From a virus (taxonomy: Duplodnaviria; Heunggongvirae; Uroviricota; Caudoviricetes), in the IMG/VR virus record IMGVR_UViG_3300032265_002746: a DNA stretch of 64,000 nucleotides; one strand, written 5' to 3'. Each line of letters starts with the position of its first letter. Positions within the stretch are counted from its first letter, which is position 1. The notes under the pieces were generated by a model. It saw only the letters and a program-made list of their open reading frames with translations. It had not been told where the DNA came from and searched no databases. This document shows, one piece after another, positions 29,148 to 38,660 of the stretch. The position numbers and the translations under genes were made by a program.

Positions 29148-30191
29148 CTATGATTGTATTTTTACTCTAAGATTTAGAGTCTGAGTAAAGTTCTTTTTTA
29201 AAGGTGTGCTCAACTTTGCTACAGCCATTAATTCGTTTTGCATACTATACAACCCAATTGATGTGATGAATGTCTCAGGATTATTAACAAGTGTGGTATA
29301 TATGATATTGCCATTTTTATCAATTACTGATGGGTTGGTTGTATAATTTAAGTCTGTGAAATTTACCTTCACATTAAAATACCTAGAAGTGATTGTTTCT
29401 AGACTGTTTAAAGAGAATGAATTACCTGAGTAAATAGCAGAGTACAACCTTGATGTATTTATATTGTATGTGGCATTATAAGATGTACTATTAGTACTGT
29501 CAATGACCAAACCAATACCTCCACCAACTCCTGGGGCTGCTGCAAGCGCAGACGGATTCAGGATAATAGTACTGATATTTGGTAAGAATATACCATACGA
29601 ACCACTTACTGTTTGTACATCATTACCGTTGTAAGATGCACCATTTGATCCACTTACAATCAAGAATACTTCGTTACTTCCTACAAAAGATTCAACAGTA
29701 ACATCATTACTATTATCGGTTAGTTGAATAGTACCTGAGGGTCCTGTCAGTGTCAGATTCAAAGACCCAGGTTGTAATGCTTCTTTATATTGAGCACGAG
29801 AAACTGTTAGCACAAATATATCTGTAGAAGATGCATTACTTGTCCCAAAAGTAAATGGCTTCTGACTACTTGCTTGTCCATATACCAAACTTGAATACTG
29901 ACCATATATATCGGATGTAGGTGATTTACCAGCTACATTCTTATTATATGCAGGAGACCCGTATCCGTTTAAATTACCATAGGCTATTGCAAATTGTAGA
30001 GATGACCCTACTGCTGATATAGGTAAATTATATACATTTAAGTATGAAAGCCCTTGAGGTGAATTTGCTTGAACAGATGATGTGTACATTGCTGCCTGAG
30101 TCAATGTATTGGTATTATTTGACCATAATGGGGATACTATTGATTCTTGGACTATAACAGAATCATTTGTGCCAAAGGATATGTAAGACAT
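29148..30191 (-). CDS. Tail fibre / receptor-binding-like protein (paralog)
   Basis: C-terminal IGLYSMQNELMAVAKLSTPL matches the neighbouring gene. S/T/N-rich. Confidence 0.5.
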   Translation of the reverse strand: MSYISFGTNDSVIVQESIVSPLWSNNTNTLTQAAMYTSSVQANSPQGLSYLNVYNLPISAVGSSLQFAIAYGNLNGYGSPAYNKNVAGKSPTSDIYGQYSSLVYGQASSQKPFTFGTSNASSTDIFVLTVSRAQYKEALQPGSLNLTLTGPSGTIQLTDNSNDVTVESFVGSNEVFLIVSGSNGASYNGNDVQTVSGSYGIFLPNISTIILNPSALAAAPGVGGGIGLVIDSTNSTSYNATYNINTSRLYSAIYSGNSFSLNSLETITSRYFNVKVNFTDLNYTTNPSVIDKNGNIIYTTLVNNPETFITSIGLYSMQNELMAVAKLSTPLKKNFTQTLNLRVKIQS

Positions 30192-30197
30192 ATTTTA

Positions 30198-30851
30198 TTA
30201 AGTTGTTTTAGTGATTGTTAAAGGTACTCTAATTGATGCTCCACTGTTTCTTCCTACTATATATATTTGAGTGTACAGAGAAGTGCCTGATGTACCAAAT
30301 AGTGTATTGATAGTAGTACCAGTAAGGTTAAATGTTGTACCTATTTGACTTGTACTAATATTAGTGGTTTGGATAGTGGTAATGGTTGATGTGCTCATTT
30401 TTGAAGTGTCAATACCTGTTCCGGTAAAAGTTGATAACAATCTACCATCACCTATTGTAACCAAATATCCATCTGGCTCTATAGTAGTCTTTGAACCTAG
30501 GTAATTCAATGTTTGAGGTATAATAGCTATGGATGCACCTTGTTTCAAGGTTACAGTTACTGACCCAATAGATATCACAGGAAGAGTGGCCGTACCTTGT
30601 GGTAGGGTTACCAACTTGTACTTCATACACTGCGTATCATCTGGGAATGCCTCTAATATAGGTAGGTTTTGAATTGCCTCTCCATAGAAAGCTGACCCAG
30701 AAGGGTGATTTACGTTGTAGAGTGTGTAGTCGACTTCATCATCAGCACAAGCAAATGATGTTATGTCGAAAGTCCCTTGGGATAAGTATTGACGTCCTTT
30801 TTTAGTTAGGATTGCATCAATGGTTACTGTTTGATTACTTAAATAAGCCAT
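30198..30851 (-). CDS. Structural hypothetical protein (fibre-associated)
   Basis: T/S-rich 217-aa ORF inside the fibre gene block. Confidence 0.5.
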   Translation of the reverse strand: MAYLSNQTVTIDAILTKKGRQYLSQGTFDITSFACADDEVDYTLYNVNHPSGSAFYGEAIQNLPILEAFPDDTQCMKYKLVTLPQGTATLPVISIGSVTVTLKQGASIAIIPQTLNYLGSKTTIEPDGYLVTIGDGRLLSTFTGTGIDTSKMSTSTITTIQTTNISTSQIGTTFNLTGTTINTLFGTSGTSLYTQIYIVGRNSGASIRVPLTITKTT

Positions 30852-30880
30852 GTTGTAGTTTTGTAGTTATAAATATCGTG

Positions 30881-33800
30881 TTATTGTGGTAATAGGTTAT
30901 TGGTTAAGGGTTGAATAATATTTGAGACATTATTTTCTATTGCAGGGTCTAGATATTCAGGTATTAAAACTGCTGATGATACTACACCAAGTTGCTTTTG
31001 TGATTCAATTATTACAGATGTTTCATCTGGCATTAGTCTTATTATTGCAAATGCAGAACTAGTGTCGGATACTACTGGTGCTCTATCTAATGTGGCTTGT
31101 AATTTTCTAGTTACGGTACCACCTACTGTAATTGGTGCAAGAACGCTCTTTACTATATATACTGGGTCCAATACATTTTCTATGGGAGATATTCTAACTA
31201 AATCCCCTTGTTGTATTGTAAATATATCTTCTACTGGTGAGTAGCTTGCTGTTATATACGATGTGAGTGCTCCTGTATTATATTGTGGACTAAATATACT
31301 GTTATTGTATAAAAGAGATGATGTAACATCAAATATCAATGTGTCGTTATAACCTGTAGTATAGCTACTTGATATATAAAACATCGGTGCCCCTGATGCA
31401 ATGCTTTGTGTTACAACTTGTTTAGTTTGACCTCTTGAATCTATTACTTGGAAATAACCACCTTGTGGTATGGTGAAATTTATTTGATTACTTCCTTGAA
31501 AGAAAAGTGATAAATCTAAGAAAAATACCCTGAGTCTTAATTTTTCACCTTGCTGAAGGTGTATTGTCTGGTCTAATTTTTGATTAAAAGTTATATAATT
31601 GCCATTAAGATGATCCCAAATATATATGTTACCTGGATATCCATAAGCTCCATTATCTAGTCCAGAGTAGTCCCCTGAAGGTGCTACAGGTATATTCCAG
31701 TCTCCTAGACTCGTACTAGCTGCATATCCCCAGCTACCCCCAGCATACTTTTCCACTACCCCTATTACTTTAAATGTACCATTACCTCCATCAGGATGAT
31801 TACCTGTATATTGTATAGGGATATATGCAGATACATAATAATCTGATGTTTCTGGAGCAGTAAATACTAATCTGCCTGTTTGGTCATTTGTATCGTATGT
31901 CACGTAACTATTTAGTCCACTAGATATAAATCCTCCTGCAGAGCTAGTGTTTGGTAAATGAAAGTAGCTTAGTTCATAGTAACCCTTTAGATAATCTGTA
32001 CCTGTTGGTTGATATAAAGTTTGTTGATAGTAAGACTCATCATAACCTTTGTATAACCATGTTTGTGGTGTACCATAAGAAGTGTTTATCGTAGGGTACA
32101 TAGAATTAAAATCGGATAATGATCCATATACTTTAGATAATATACCATCTGTTACTTGTTGACCATTAACTATAAGTTGAACAGCATTGCTTGGGGGTTG
32201 TGGCTGTCTTATTGGTACGTACTGTAAGGCAAAAGATAGATTAGTGTCAGCTCCATTAATTGTATGCCAATTAACTGAATAATCCATTACTGCTTTAAAT
32301 CCAACAGATTCTGTATAAGTCTGTACTGGTTTAGTGAATGTAAATGAAAGAGGTTCATTGCTATCCCTGTACACTATAGGTTTAAAAGAATATCCTCCTA
32401 GATATATAGTAGAGGTTCCGTCTATAGAAAATTGATTAGAAGGGCTCAATGGGTTTGTGAGTGAAATAGTTATACTATCCCCTGACTTAAATGTGTTTTG
32501 GACCTCAAATAAATTTTTATTTGCCCGAGTCAATGTTGTAGTTGAACCAGATGCGTCCAAAAGATATTTTATACTAAAGGTTGTTTTATCTAAAAAATTA
32601 CAATTGTTTACACTACCTTGTAAAGAATACCCAAACTTACCCGAATAGGTGTTTATATTAGGAAACGTACCCGATCCTGTGTCTCCTTGTGTATACTTAT
32701 TAAGCTTTTGTACGCTAACCTTACTACCTATATATCTAGGAATACTCCACCTTTTATGATTATACTCACTATCCTGTAAGGCAACAGGTTGTAGTATATT
32801 TGGATTATTTATATCCTGCTTCTTAGATACAGTTGATAAACGGTTGGTATACACATCATTATTAGTTACGTTAAAATCGCTATTTTTGAAAATAGCAGTA
32901 CTAAAGCTTTGTGTATAAGATAGGTAGGGATTGTAATTACGAATCTCATAGTTATCATGTATATCTACATAAGATCCTGAAATATCCCCTGTCATAAAAG
33001 TCATCTCCTCATTGAATTGAGGGTATGATGTACCTGCTTTTATAGTATTATGTCCTACAGATGCGGTATACTGGACCAAGGACATGCTAGGCTGGTGCCT
33101 AGATATTTTGTTACGTTCAAGGATTGGTGACTTAATTGTTACGCCTGTGCTAAGGTTTGTTCTAGCAGGGGTAAAATCACCTATCATTTTGAATAGTGTA
33201 TTATCTATTTGCCCTACTAAATTTATAAAGTCTTTGTAATCATATTTAGATATAAACTTCTGGTAATATTGAGCATTTATTGTGACAATATCTGGATATA
33301 CATTTAAACCTTGATAAGTTGGGTCTCCTATATATTGGTCTAAATCAAGTAAGCTACCATATTGAGATATGATATCTTTGTTTATTTCATTCTGAGGGGA
33401 GAAACTTACTTCAGCAAAGTGGGTATCTCTTGACCTATTTGTATCAGGTGCTTCTATCCTTAAAATAGGACTTAATACATTACTATTAGGGGTGTTATTG
33501 ACTATACGAACTTTCTCTGTAACAGGGCTGTAATAGCCAGCTTGAGGAGTATTTGTGTAGGACAACTCATACTCTGATTGGTAGTTATTCTGATTGGGAA
33601 ATCCTATAAATAAAAGGCTATTGTATGATGAGCTGTATTGTAAGGATTGTGTTGGTAATCCTCCATAACTACTGGTACTGTAATGAGCATAAGTGCCGTA
33701 TAAGGATCCTCCTGATGCTGAATATACACTTCCTGATGTGTAGTATAATTTGAACTGTGGATGTACTGAGCCTACAGATGCAGTTTGATAGTGATTATAG

Positions 33801-36271
33801 GTCAACAAGTTGTTGCCTAAAGGGAATCTTGCTGCTAAATCGTTATAGGCACCATTTATATTATTTCCTTGAAAAGATTCATTACTTAACGTATGTGCAT
33901 CAAATGCTGTTGATGATAAAGGTTCAGACCAATATCTAAGCTCTTGTATTCCTCCTATAAATGATGAACTAAATAAAGGTGTTACTACACCTGGGCCTCC
34001 AACTGACAAATATACTAATGATGATGTATTACCGTAATAGCTCCACGCCCTATTCAGTGTAAGATCTGAAGCTAGTCTGTAATTTATATTATTGTAGTTA
34101 CCTATTGAAGTTTTAGCTGTATGACCTACTCTTCCTGATATACAATTTTGAACAGTTAGTGTATATTTTTGACTACCTGATATTGATGATATGTAATCTT
34201 TATACTTTGTATCTGTTGTCAGCAACACATTCCAAAATCCAGTATCTCCATCACTTCCTGTTGCATACATAGGAACAGAAAGGGAAGATGATACATACCC
34301 ACTTGACCCTGAGATAATCAAAGTAAAGTTGGCAGAAGGGACGCTTTGGGATACTATATAGTTTAATTCAACACCAAAGTTTACTTTCGAACTTCCGCTT
34401 TGGTACACTTCTATTAACGATACATTGGATGGTTTTGTATGTTTATCCGGCTTTATTCTAAATTCAATAGAATTTGGAACAAGGTCATTTACACCATATT
34501 TTAAGTAATTTTGGGTGAGTGGTGCCCAATAAGCTTTAACATAGCTTCCTGAAGCATTTGACAGAGAATAAGAGAATCTATCGTATACATAGTCAGGCTT
34601 AGTGGATGTGCTATCTGCTCCTCCATATTGTACAGGAGTTAAAATGGTATCAGGTATGCCATATACTGTTATTAAATTCTGGATACCTCTTGTGGTTCCT
34701 TTAGATTTAAGTAAGTAAGGTAAGTTATGATAAAGTCTTTTGTAAAGCTCCTTTGATTGGTCTTGACCGCTAGTTAGTATTCCTGAGCCAGTTACTGTGT
34801 AACTTCCTGTTGGTGCTCCTATAAGATACTCAGATAGGTTCAAATCAGAGTTGTTATTATAGAGCTTCATGCCGTATGACCTTAATACATCATAAACCAT
34901 ATCTTTTGAGATACCGGTATTCATATTGTTATCCGCCTTATGAATATCGTTTATGGCTTTGATATATACCCATATGCTATCGTAATGCTGACCAAGCATG
35001 TTTGTAAACAATAGGAATTGAGCATTCTTGGGGTCATCTACTATGAAACCAGGAGTACTGAATACCAAATTATCTTGATTCTCTAAATCATACAGAGATG
35101 CACTATATAATTGTCCGTAGGTCTGGTTATCACCTAAAAAGGCTTGTGCTTGTGGGGATGTAACGCTGTACAAAACACTACCACTTTTTGGCCATGCATA
35201 TGGTGATTGGTCATAATATAAGAACGACTCGTAAGGGTCAAAGTTCTTTATTATGTTATTTGTAGATGCTTGTATTGACTGTGCACTTCCACTAACAGAT
35301 ACATCCATTCCAGGTAATGATAATAACCTAGATACTGTAGATTCATTCTGTTGTATCTCAGTTAACTTGTAAACAAAGTTAACAAGTCTTTGAGCTGCAG
35401 ATGAAAAGTGTACAAAGTTTTTATAATCAGTGTAATCAACGTTAATTCCTATTGAATCATTATTAAGTTGATTAATTATTGCCTGATAGTCTTGTAATGT
35501 AGGCGTGTTAAATATTGTCGATTGGTTAACATAAGCCGATGCTAACCCTGATTGAGCATGCACATCTATGTCAAAATTAGCCGAAGCTATCATAGGTGTA
35601 GGTGCCGGGGTGAAGTCTGGTGTAAGCACCACTTCAAATACAATAGGGGAAGCTAGTTCTTCTACTATCCATAAAGGAGCCTTTAAACCGAATTCAGTAG
35701 GTAAAGGTTGATATAGCTTTATTAATAGGGAGTAAGGATTAGTACTCTCATCTATGGCAATATTGACAGCATTAACTGCATTGTTATTACCAAAGTTCAA
35801 TAAAAAGTCCTTGAAATATGGAGAAGACTGTACTTGGTTAATGAAGTTAAGGGTATTGGTCTCTAAGGTTAAATTAGATACAATATTTGAGGATAGGCGT
35901 ATTTCTGTTCGGTCAGTGCTTATCTCCGTTATGAAAAAGGTATACGAAGACAGATTGTATATCTGATGCCTGTATATCCTGTAATCAAGCTTAAAATCAC
36001 CTACATTATAATTCCTACTGGTTAGGTAAGTACCTGGGTCAAATAAAATCTGGTTACTGGTATTATATCCTGTATCTGGTAAAGTGTACTCTGTAACATT
36101 ATAGTTAGAATCTAAAAGAATATCATCCTGAGTGTAGACATGACATTCCACATAATCCGTAGTAGGATTGAAATTACGTAAGAAGCTCTGAGAAGGTATG
36201 AGTACTTGATCAATAGTATCATACTTATCTAAAGCTGGGTCTTTTATTTGGTTTATGGATACGACTGACAA
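30881..36271 (-). CDS. Giant fibre / baseplate-associated structural protein
   Basis: Uninterrupted 1796-aa ORF rich in S/T/N/Y/G, typical of fibre or adhesin composition. Lies in the tail module. Confidence 0.6.
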   Translation of the reverse strand: MSVVSINQIKDPALDKYDTIDQVLIPSQSFLRNFNPTTDYVECHVYTQDDILLDSNYNVTEYTLPDTGYNTSNQILFDPGTYLTSRNYNVGDFKLDYRIYRHQIYNLSSYTFFITEISTDRTEIRLSSNIVSNLTLETNTLNFINQVQSSPYFKDFLLNFGNNNAVNAVNIAIDESTNPYSLLIKLYQPLPTEFGLKAPLWIVEELASPIVFEVVLTPDFTPAPTPMIASANFDIDVHAQSGLASAYVNQSTIFNTPTLQDYQAIINQLNNDSIGINVDYTDYKNFVHFSSAAQRLVNFVYKLTEIQQNESTVSRLLSLPGMDVSVSGSAQSIQASTNNIIKNFDPYESFLYYDQSPYAWPKSGSVLYSVTSPQAQAFLGDNQTYGQLYSASLYDLENQDNLVFSTPGFIVDDPKNAQFLLFTNMLGQHYDSIWVYIKAINDIHKADNNMNTGISKDMVYDVLRSYGMKLYNNNSDLNLSEYLIGAPTGSYTVTGSGILTSGQDQSKELYKRLYHNLPYLLKSKGTTRGIQNLITVYGIPDTILTPVQYGGADSTSTKPDYVYDRFSYSLSNASGSYVKAYWAPLTQNYLKYGVNDLVPNSIEFRIKPDKHTKPSNVSLIEVYQSGSSKVNFGVELNYIVSQSVPSANFTLIISGSSGYVSSSLSVPMYATGSDGDTGFWNVLLTTDTKYKDYISSISGSQKYTLTVQNCISGRVGHTAKTSIGNYNNINYRLASDLTLNRAWSYYGNTSSLVYLSVGGPGVVTPLFSSSFIGGIQELRYWSEPLSSTAFDAHTLSNESFQGNNINGAYNDLAARFPLGNNLLTYNHYQTASVGSVHPQFKLYYTSGSVYSASGGSLYGTYAHYSTSSYGGLPTQSLQYSSSYNSLLFIGFPNQNNYQSEYELSYTNTPQAGYYSPVTEKVRIVNNTPNSNVLSPILRIEAPDTNRSRDTHFAEVSFSPQNEINKDIISQYGSLLDLDQYIGDPTYQGLNVYPDIVTINAQYYQKFISKYDYKDFINLVGQIDNTLFKMIGDFTPARTNLSTGVTIKSPILERNKISRHQPSMSLVQYTASVGHNTIKAGTSYPQFNEEMTFMTGDISGSYVDIHDNYEIRNYNPYLSYTQSFSTAIFKNSDFNVTNNDVYTNRLSTVSKKQDINNPNILQPVALQDSEYNHKRWSIPRYIGSKVSVQKLNKYTQGDTGSGTFPNINTYSGKFGYSLQGSVNNCNFLDKTTFSIKYLLDASGSTTTLTRANKNLFEVQNTFKSGDSITISLTNPLSPSNQFSIDGTSTIYLGGYSFKPIVYRDSNEPLSFTFTKPVQTYTESVGFKAVMDYSVNWHTINGADTNLSFALQYVPIRQPQPPSNAVQLIVNGQQVTDGILSKVYGSLSDFNSMYPTINTSYGTPQTWLYKGYDESYYQQTLYQPTGTDYLKGYYELSYFHLPNTSSAGGFISSGLNSYVTYDTNDQTGRLVFTAPETSDYYVSAYIPIQYTGNHPDGGNGTFKVIGVVEKYAGGSWGYAASTSLGDWNIPVAPSGDYSGLDNGAYGYPGNIYIWDHLNGNYITFNQKLDQTIHLQQGEKLRLRVFFLDLSLFFQGSNQINFTIPQGGYFQVIDSRGQTKQVVTQSIASGAPMFYISSSYTTGYNDTLIFDVTSSLLYNNSIFSPQYNTGALTSYITASYSPVEDIFTIQQGDLVRISPIENVLDPVYIVKSVLAPITVGGTVTRKLQATLDRAPVVSDTSSAFAIIRLMPDETSVIIESQKQLGVVSSAVLIPEYLDPAIENNVSNIIQPLTNNLLPQ

Positions 36272-36277
36272 TTGATT

Positions 36278-36604
36278 CTATGAATTAGTTATGGTGTATA
36301 ATTGTTGTTTCAGAGATACATTTTCATTACGTAGATTTTCCACTTCCTTGGTTAAGTCTGCGTAAGATATACCCAGATAGTCACTGCTTCTATTCACTAA
36401 CTCGAGATGAGAGTTAATAGATCCTGTGGCCGGTATATCGTAGAATATGGTATTGTAAGACATAAAAAAGTTATTCACATCCGTTATTGTATTTGGAGGT
36501 GCTGAATTATCTGGAGGTACAAGCTGGGTGAAGTTGGTTTTTACCACATTCTGAAAGCTGTTCTTTCCGTAGATTACCCTTGATATAGGAACTTGTTCTG
36601 CCAA
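36278..36604 (-). CDS. Hypothetical protein (possible fibre assembly factor)
   Basis: 108-aa ORF directly downstream of the giant gene. C-terminal coiled-coil-like NLRNENVSLKQQL. Confidence 0.4.
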   Translation of the reverse strand: MAEQVPISRVIYGKNSFQNVVKTNFTQLVPPDNSAPPNTITDVNNFFMSYNTIFYDIPATGSINSHLELVNRSSDYLGISYADLTKEVENLRNENVSLKQQLYTITNS

Positions 36605-36625
36605 TTTATATTTAAGGTTTATTGG

Positions 36626-37630
36626 TTATTTTTCTACTTTGAATGTATAATCGTTATCAAACACTATCTCTTCATTATTTATAATTGATTTGATAAGTAT
36701 CTTATAGTATCTCGAAGGTTCTAGACCGTTCATATAAATAGTGAAGTAATTGCTTTTACTATCTGCAGATACTTTAGTATAAGTAGTATCGTAATCAATT
36801 ACTACATCTTTTGTTTTGTAGTCCACTAGTGACCAATAAGAACTGCTAGGTAAGAACTTGTTCTGAGTGAACATACTAGTAGTCATGAACTGTCTAGTTG
36901 GGTATTGATCTCTTACACTTATTCTAAATTTTTGTATAGAACCTGGTCTAAATGTTCCAACATTGTTTTGCAAAGATACGTTAATTGCTTCACCTGAGCA
37001 AATATTTCCTCCAGGTAAATAATGAGAGTCATCCCATCTGAATTCAAGGCATGGTGGATATATAGTATTGCTGTCTCTAGAGAAGAAGTTTAAGGTATAG
37101 TTGTATTTAGCGTCATACTCTAAACTTCCTGATGTTTTTACTATAAATCCGTAGTTAGGTATTGACCCAGATAAGAATAAGTTAGTAAAAGCAGTTGTTT
37201 CTATTTGAATATCCTTTTCCGTGTATGGAGTAAATGATTGTGTATATGATGATGTATACCAAGTACCTCCCCCAGGATTGGTGCTGATGAATGATCCTGT
37301 TACACCGGCAGGAAACCCAGACGTTAGCCAATAGCTAGAGCTGTAAGCAGTGGGAAAATTCCAGGTTGCTCCAGTTTCATTGACAGGATTATCACCTAAC
37401 TTACCGGTACCCATATCCCATTTCTGATATGTAGGGTGTAACTCTATGGTATAATTTGTGGGAATTCCATAAGCCTCACACAAATACATTTTAAAGTATG
37501 ATTGGTAAGAGCTTGTTCCTATGTAATTGGTGACTACATCTGACATGTCTTCAGTTGAAAACTGAACTAAAGGTCTCGCATATGTAGATTGAGATGCATA
37601 CAATAAAGATACATCCTTAGATAGGTACAA
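36626..37630 (-). CDS. Structural hypothetical protein
   Basis: 334-aa ORF, Y/S/T-rich, in the tail module. Confidence 0.5.
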   Translation of the reverse strand: MYLSKDVSLLYASQSTYARPLVQFSTEDMSDVVTNYIGTSSYQSYFKMYLCEAYGIPTNYTIELHPTYQKWDMGTGKLGDNPVNETGATWNFPTAYSSSYWLTSGFPAGVTGSFISTNPGGGTWYTSSYTQSFTPYTEKDIQIETTAFTNLFLSGSIPNYGFIVKTSGSLEYDAKYNYTLNFFSRDSNTIYPPCLEFRWDDSHYLPGGNICSGEAINVSLQNNVGTFRPGSIQKFRISVRDQYPTRQFMTTSMFTQNKFLPSSSYWSLVDYKTKDVVIDYDTTYTKVSADSKSNYFTIYMNGLEPSRYYKILIKSIINNEEIVFDNDYTFKVEK

Positions 37631-37714
37631 TAATGCATCTAATCCTGTATTAGCGTTATTTACTTCGCTGTACAGAGTCGTATCTTGAGTCGGGAATATT
37701 TTATATACTGCCAG

Positions 37715-38398
37715 TTATACTATATATTTTTTGCATAAGTCATAATAGCGTTTCCTTTCAGCTTGCCCTATTAATCCTCCGTTTATTCTCTTTGTAATTG
37801 TTACTAAGTCACCACTATCTGACTCATCAAGTAATTTCTTATTTACTGCATATTCCCAACAAGCTGCATCTAAAGCATATTCATCTGAAGAATGTACCAA
37901 GTCAGATGTATCGCTTACAGGTTTTTTAAGGTAGTCTGCGTAGGCTTTATAACTTTCAAAGCCTGTAAGTTGTAAATAACCGCCTCCTCTATACCTAAAT
38001 CCATCACCACTTGCAAAGTCACCATTACCCATCCTGTTAGCATAGACAGTATTAGCTAATTTTTGGGCATTCTTTACATATTCATTTGCATTTAGTTTAC
38101 CATTAATACCTGTTAGGTTAAACCTGCTAGGCCATATTTCGACTATACGTTCAGCATGAGTGTAGAATAAACTTTCAGTTTTTATCGTGAATTCTCCACT
38201 CTCATGAAGTACCTCAGCTAAAAAAGCTTGCAATCTAGGTGCTGTATCTATGTTATATTTAGGGCAGATTTTGTTGATTAAATCCACCATTACCTGTGCC
38301 CTATCATCTTTAATGTTGGGACAAATAGACTTTAATTGTTGTTTAGTTAGTTGCATTTTCAGTAGGTTGTGGTGTTTCTGTATTAGGTTTTTCGTCAC
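37715..38398 (-). CDS. Endolysin, glycoside hydrolase family 19 (chitinase-like)
   Basis: LAEVLHESGEF..E and GDGFRYRGGGYLQLTGFESY match the GH19 catalytic-Glu and YRGRG-QLT blocks. 227 aa. Confidence 0.7.
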   Translation of the reverse strand: MTKNLIQKHHNLLKMQLTKQQLKSICPNIKDDRAQVMVDLINKICPKYNIDTAPRLQAFLAEVLHESGEFTIKTESLFYTHAERIVEIWPSRFNLTGINGKLNANEYVKNAQKLANTVYANRMGNGDFASGDGFRYRGGGYLQLTGFESYKAYADYLKKPVSDTSDLVHSSDEYALDAACWEYAVNKKLLDESDSGDLVTITKRINGGLIGQAERKRYYDLCKKYIV

Positions 38399-38645
38399 TG
38401 CCCATCAAGGTTAGTCCCTTCTCTTGGGTGAACCTTCTGATACCAAGCAAGCCGGCACCGAGTGTAGCAAATGCTATTGACAGGTTCATAGCAATTTCGT
38501 ACTTAATTACCAGTGCCCATCCAAATCCGAAGCATGCTGTTACTATCATTAAGAATGCACATATCAGTGACATTTCTGTTTTACCTGAATTATTATTGAA
38601 GGCCTCTTTAAAAGAGAATTGACTAATGTCTGGGTATTTAATCAT
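38343..38645 (-). CDS. Holin candidate (two TM helices)
   Basis: 100 aa. Hydrophobic segments LICAFLMIVTACFGFGWALVI and LSIAFATLGAGLLGI. Charged C-terminal tail. Overlaps the endolysin start. Confidence 0.45.
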   Translation of the reverse strand: MIKYPDISQFSFKEAFNNNSGKTEMSLICAFLMIVTACFGFGWALVIKYEIAMNLSIAFATLGAGLLGIRRFTQEKGLTLMGSDEKPNTETPQPTENATN

Positions 38646-38660
38646 ACTATTTTCTTTTAA

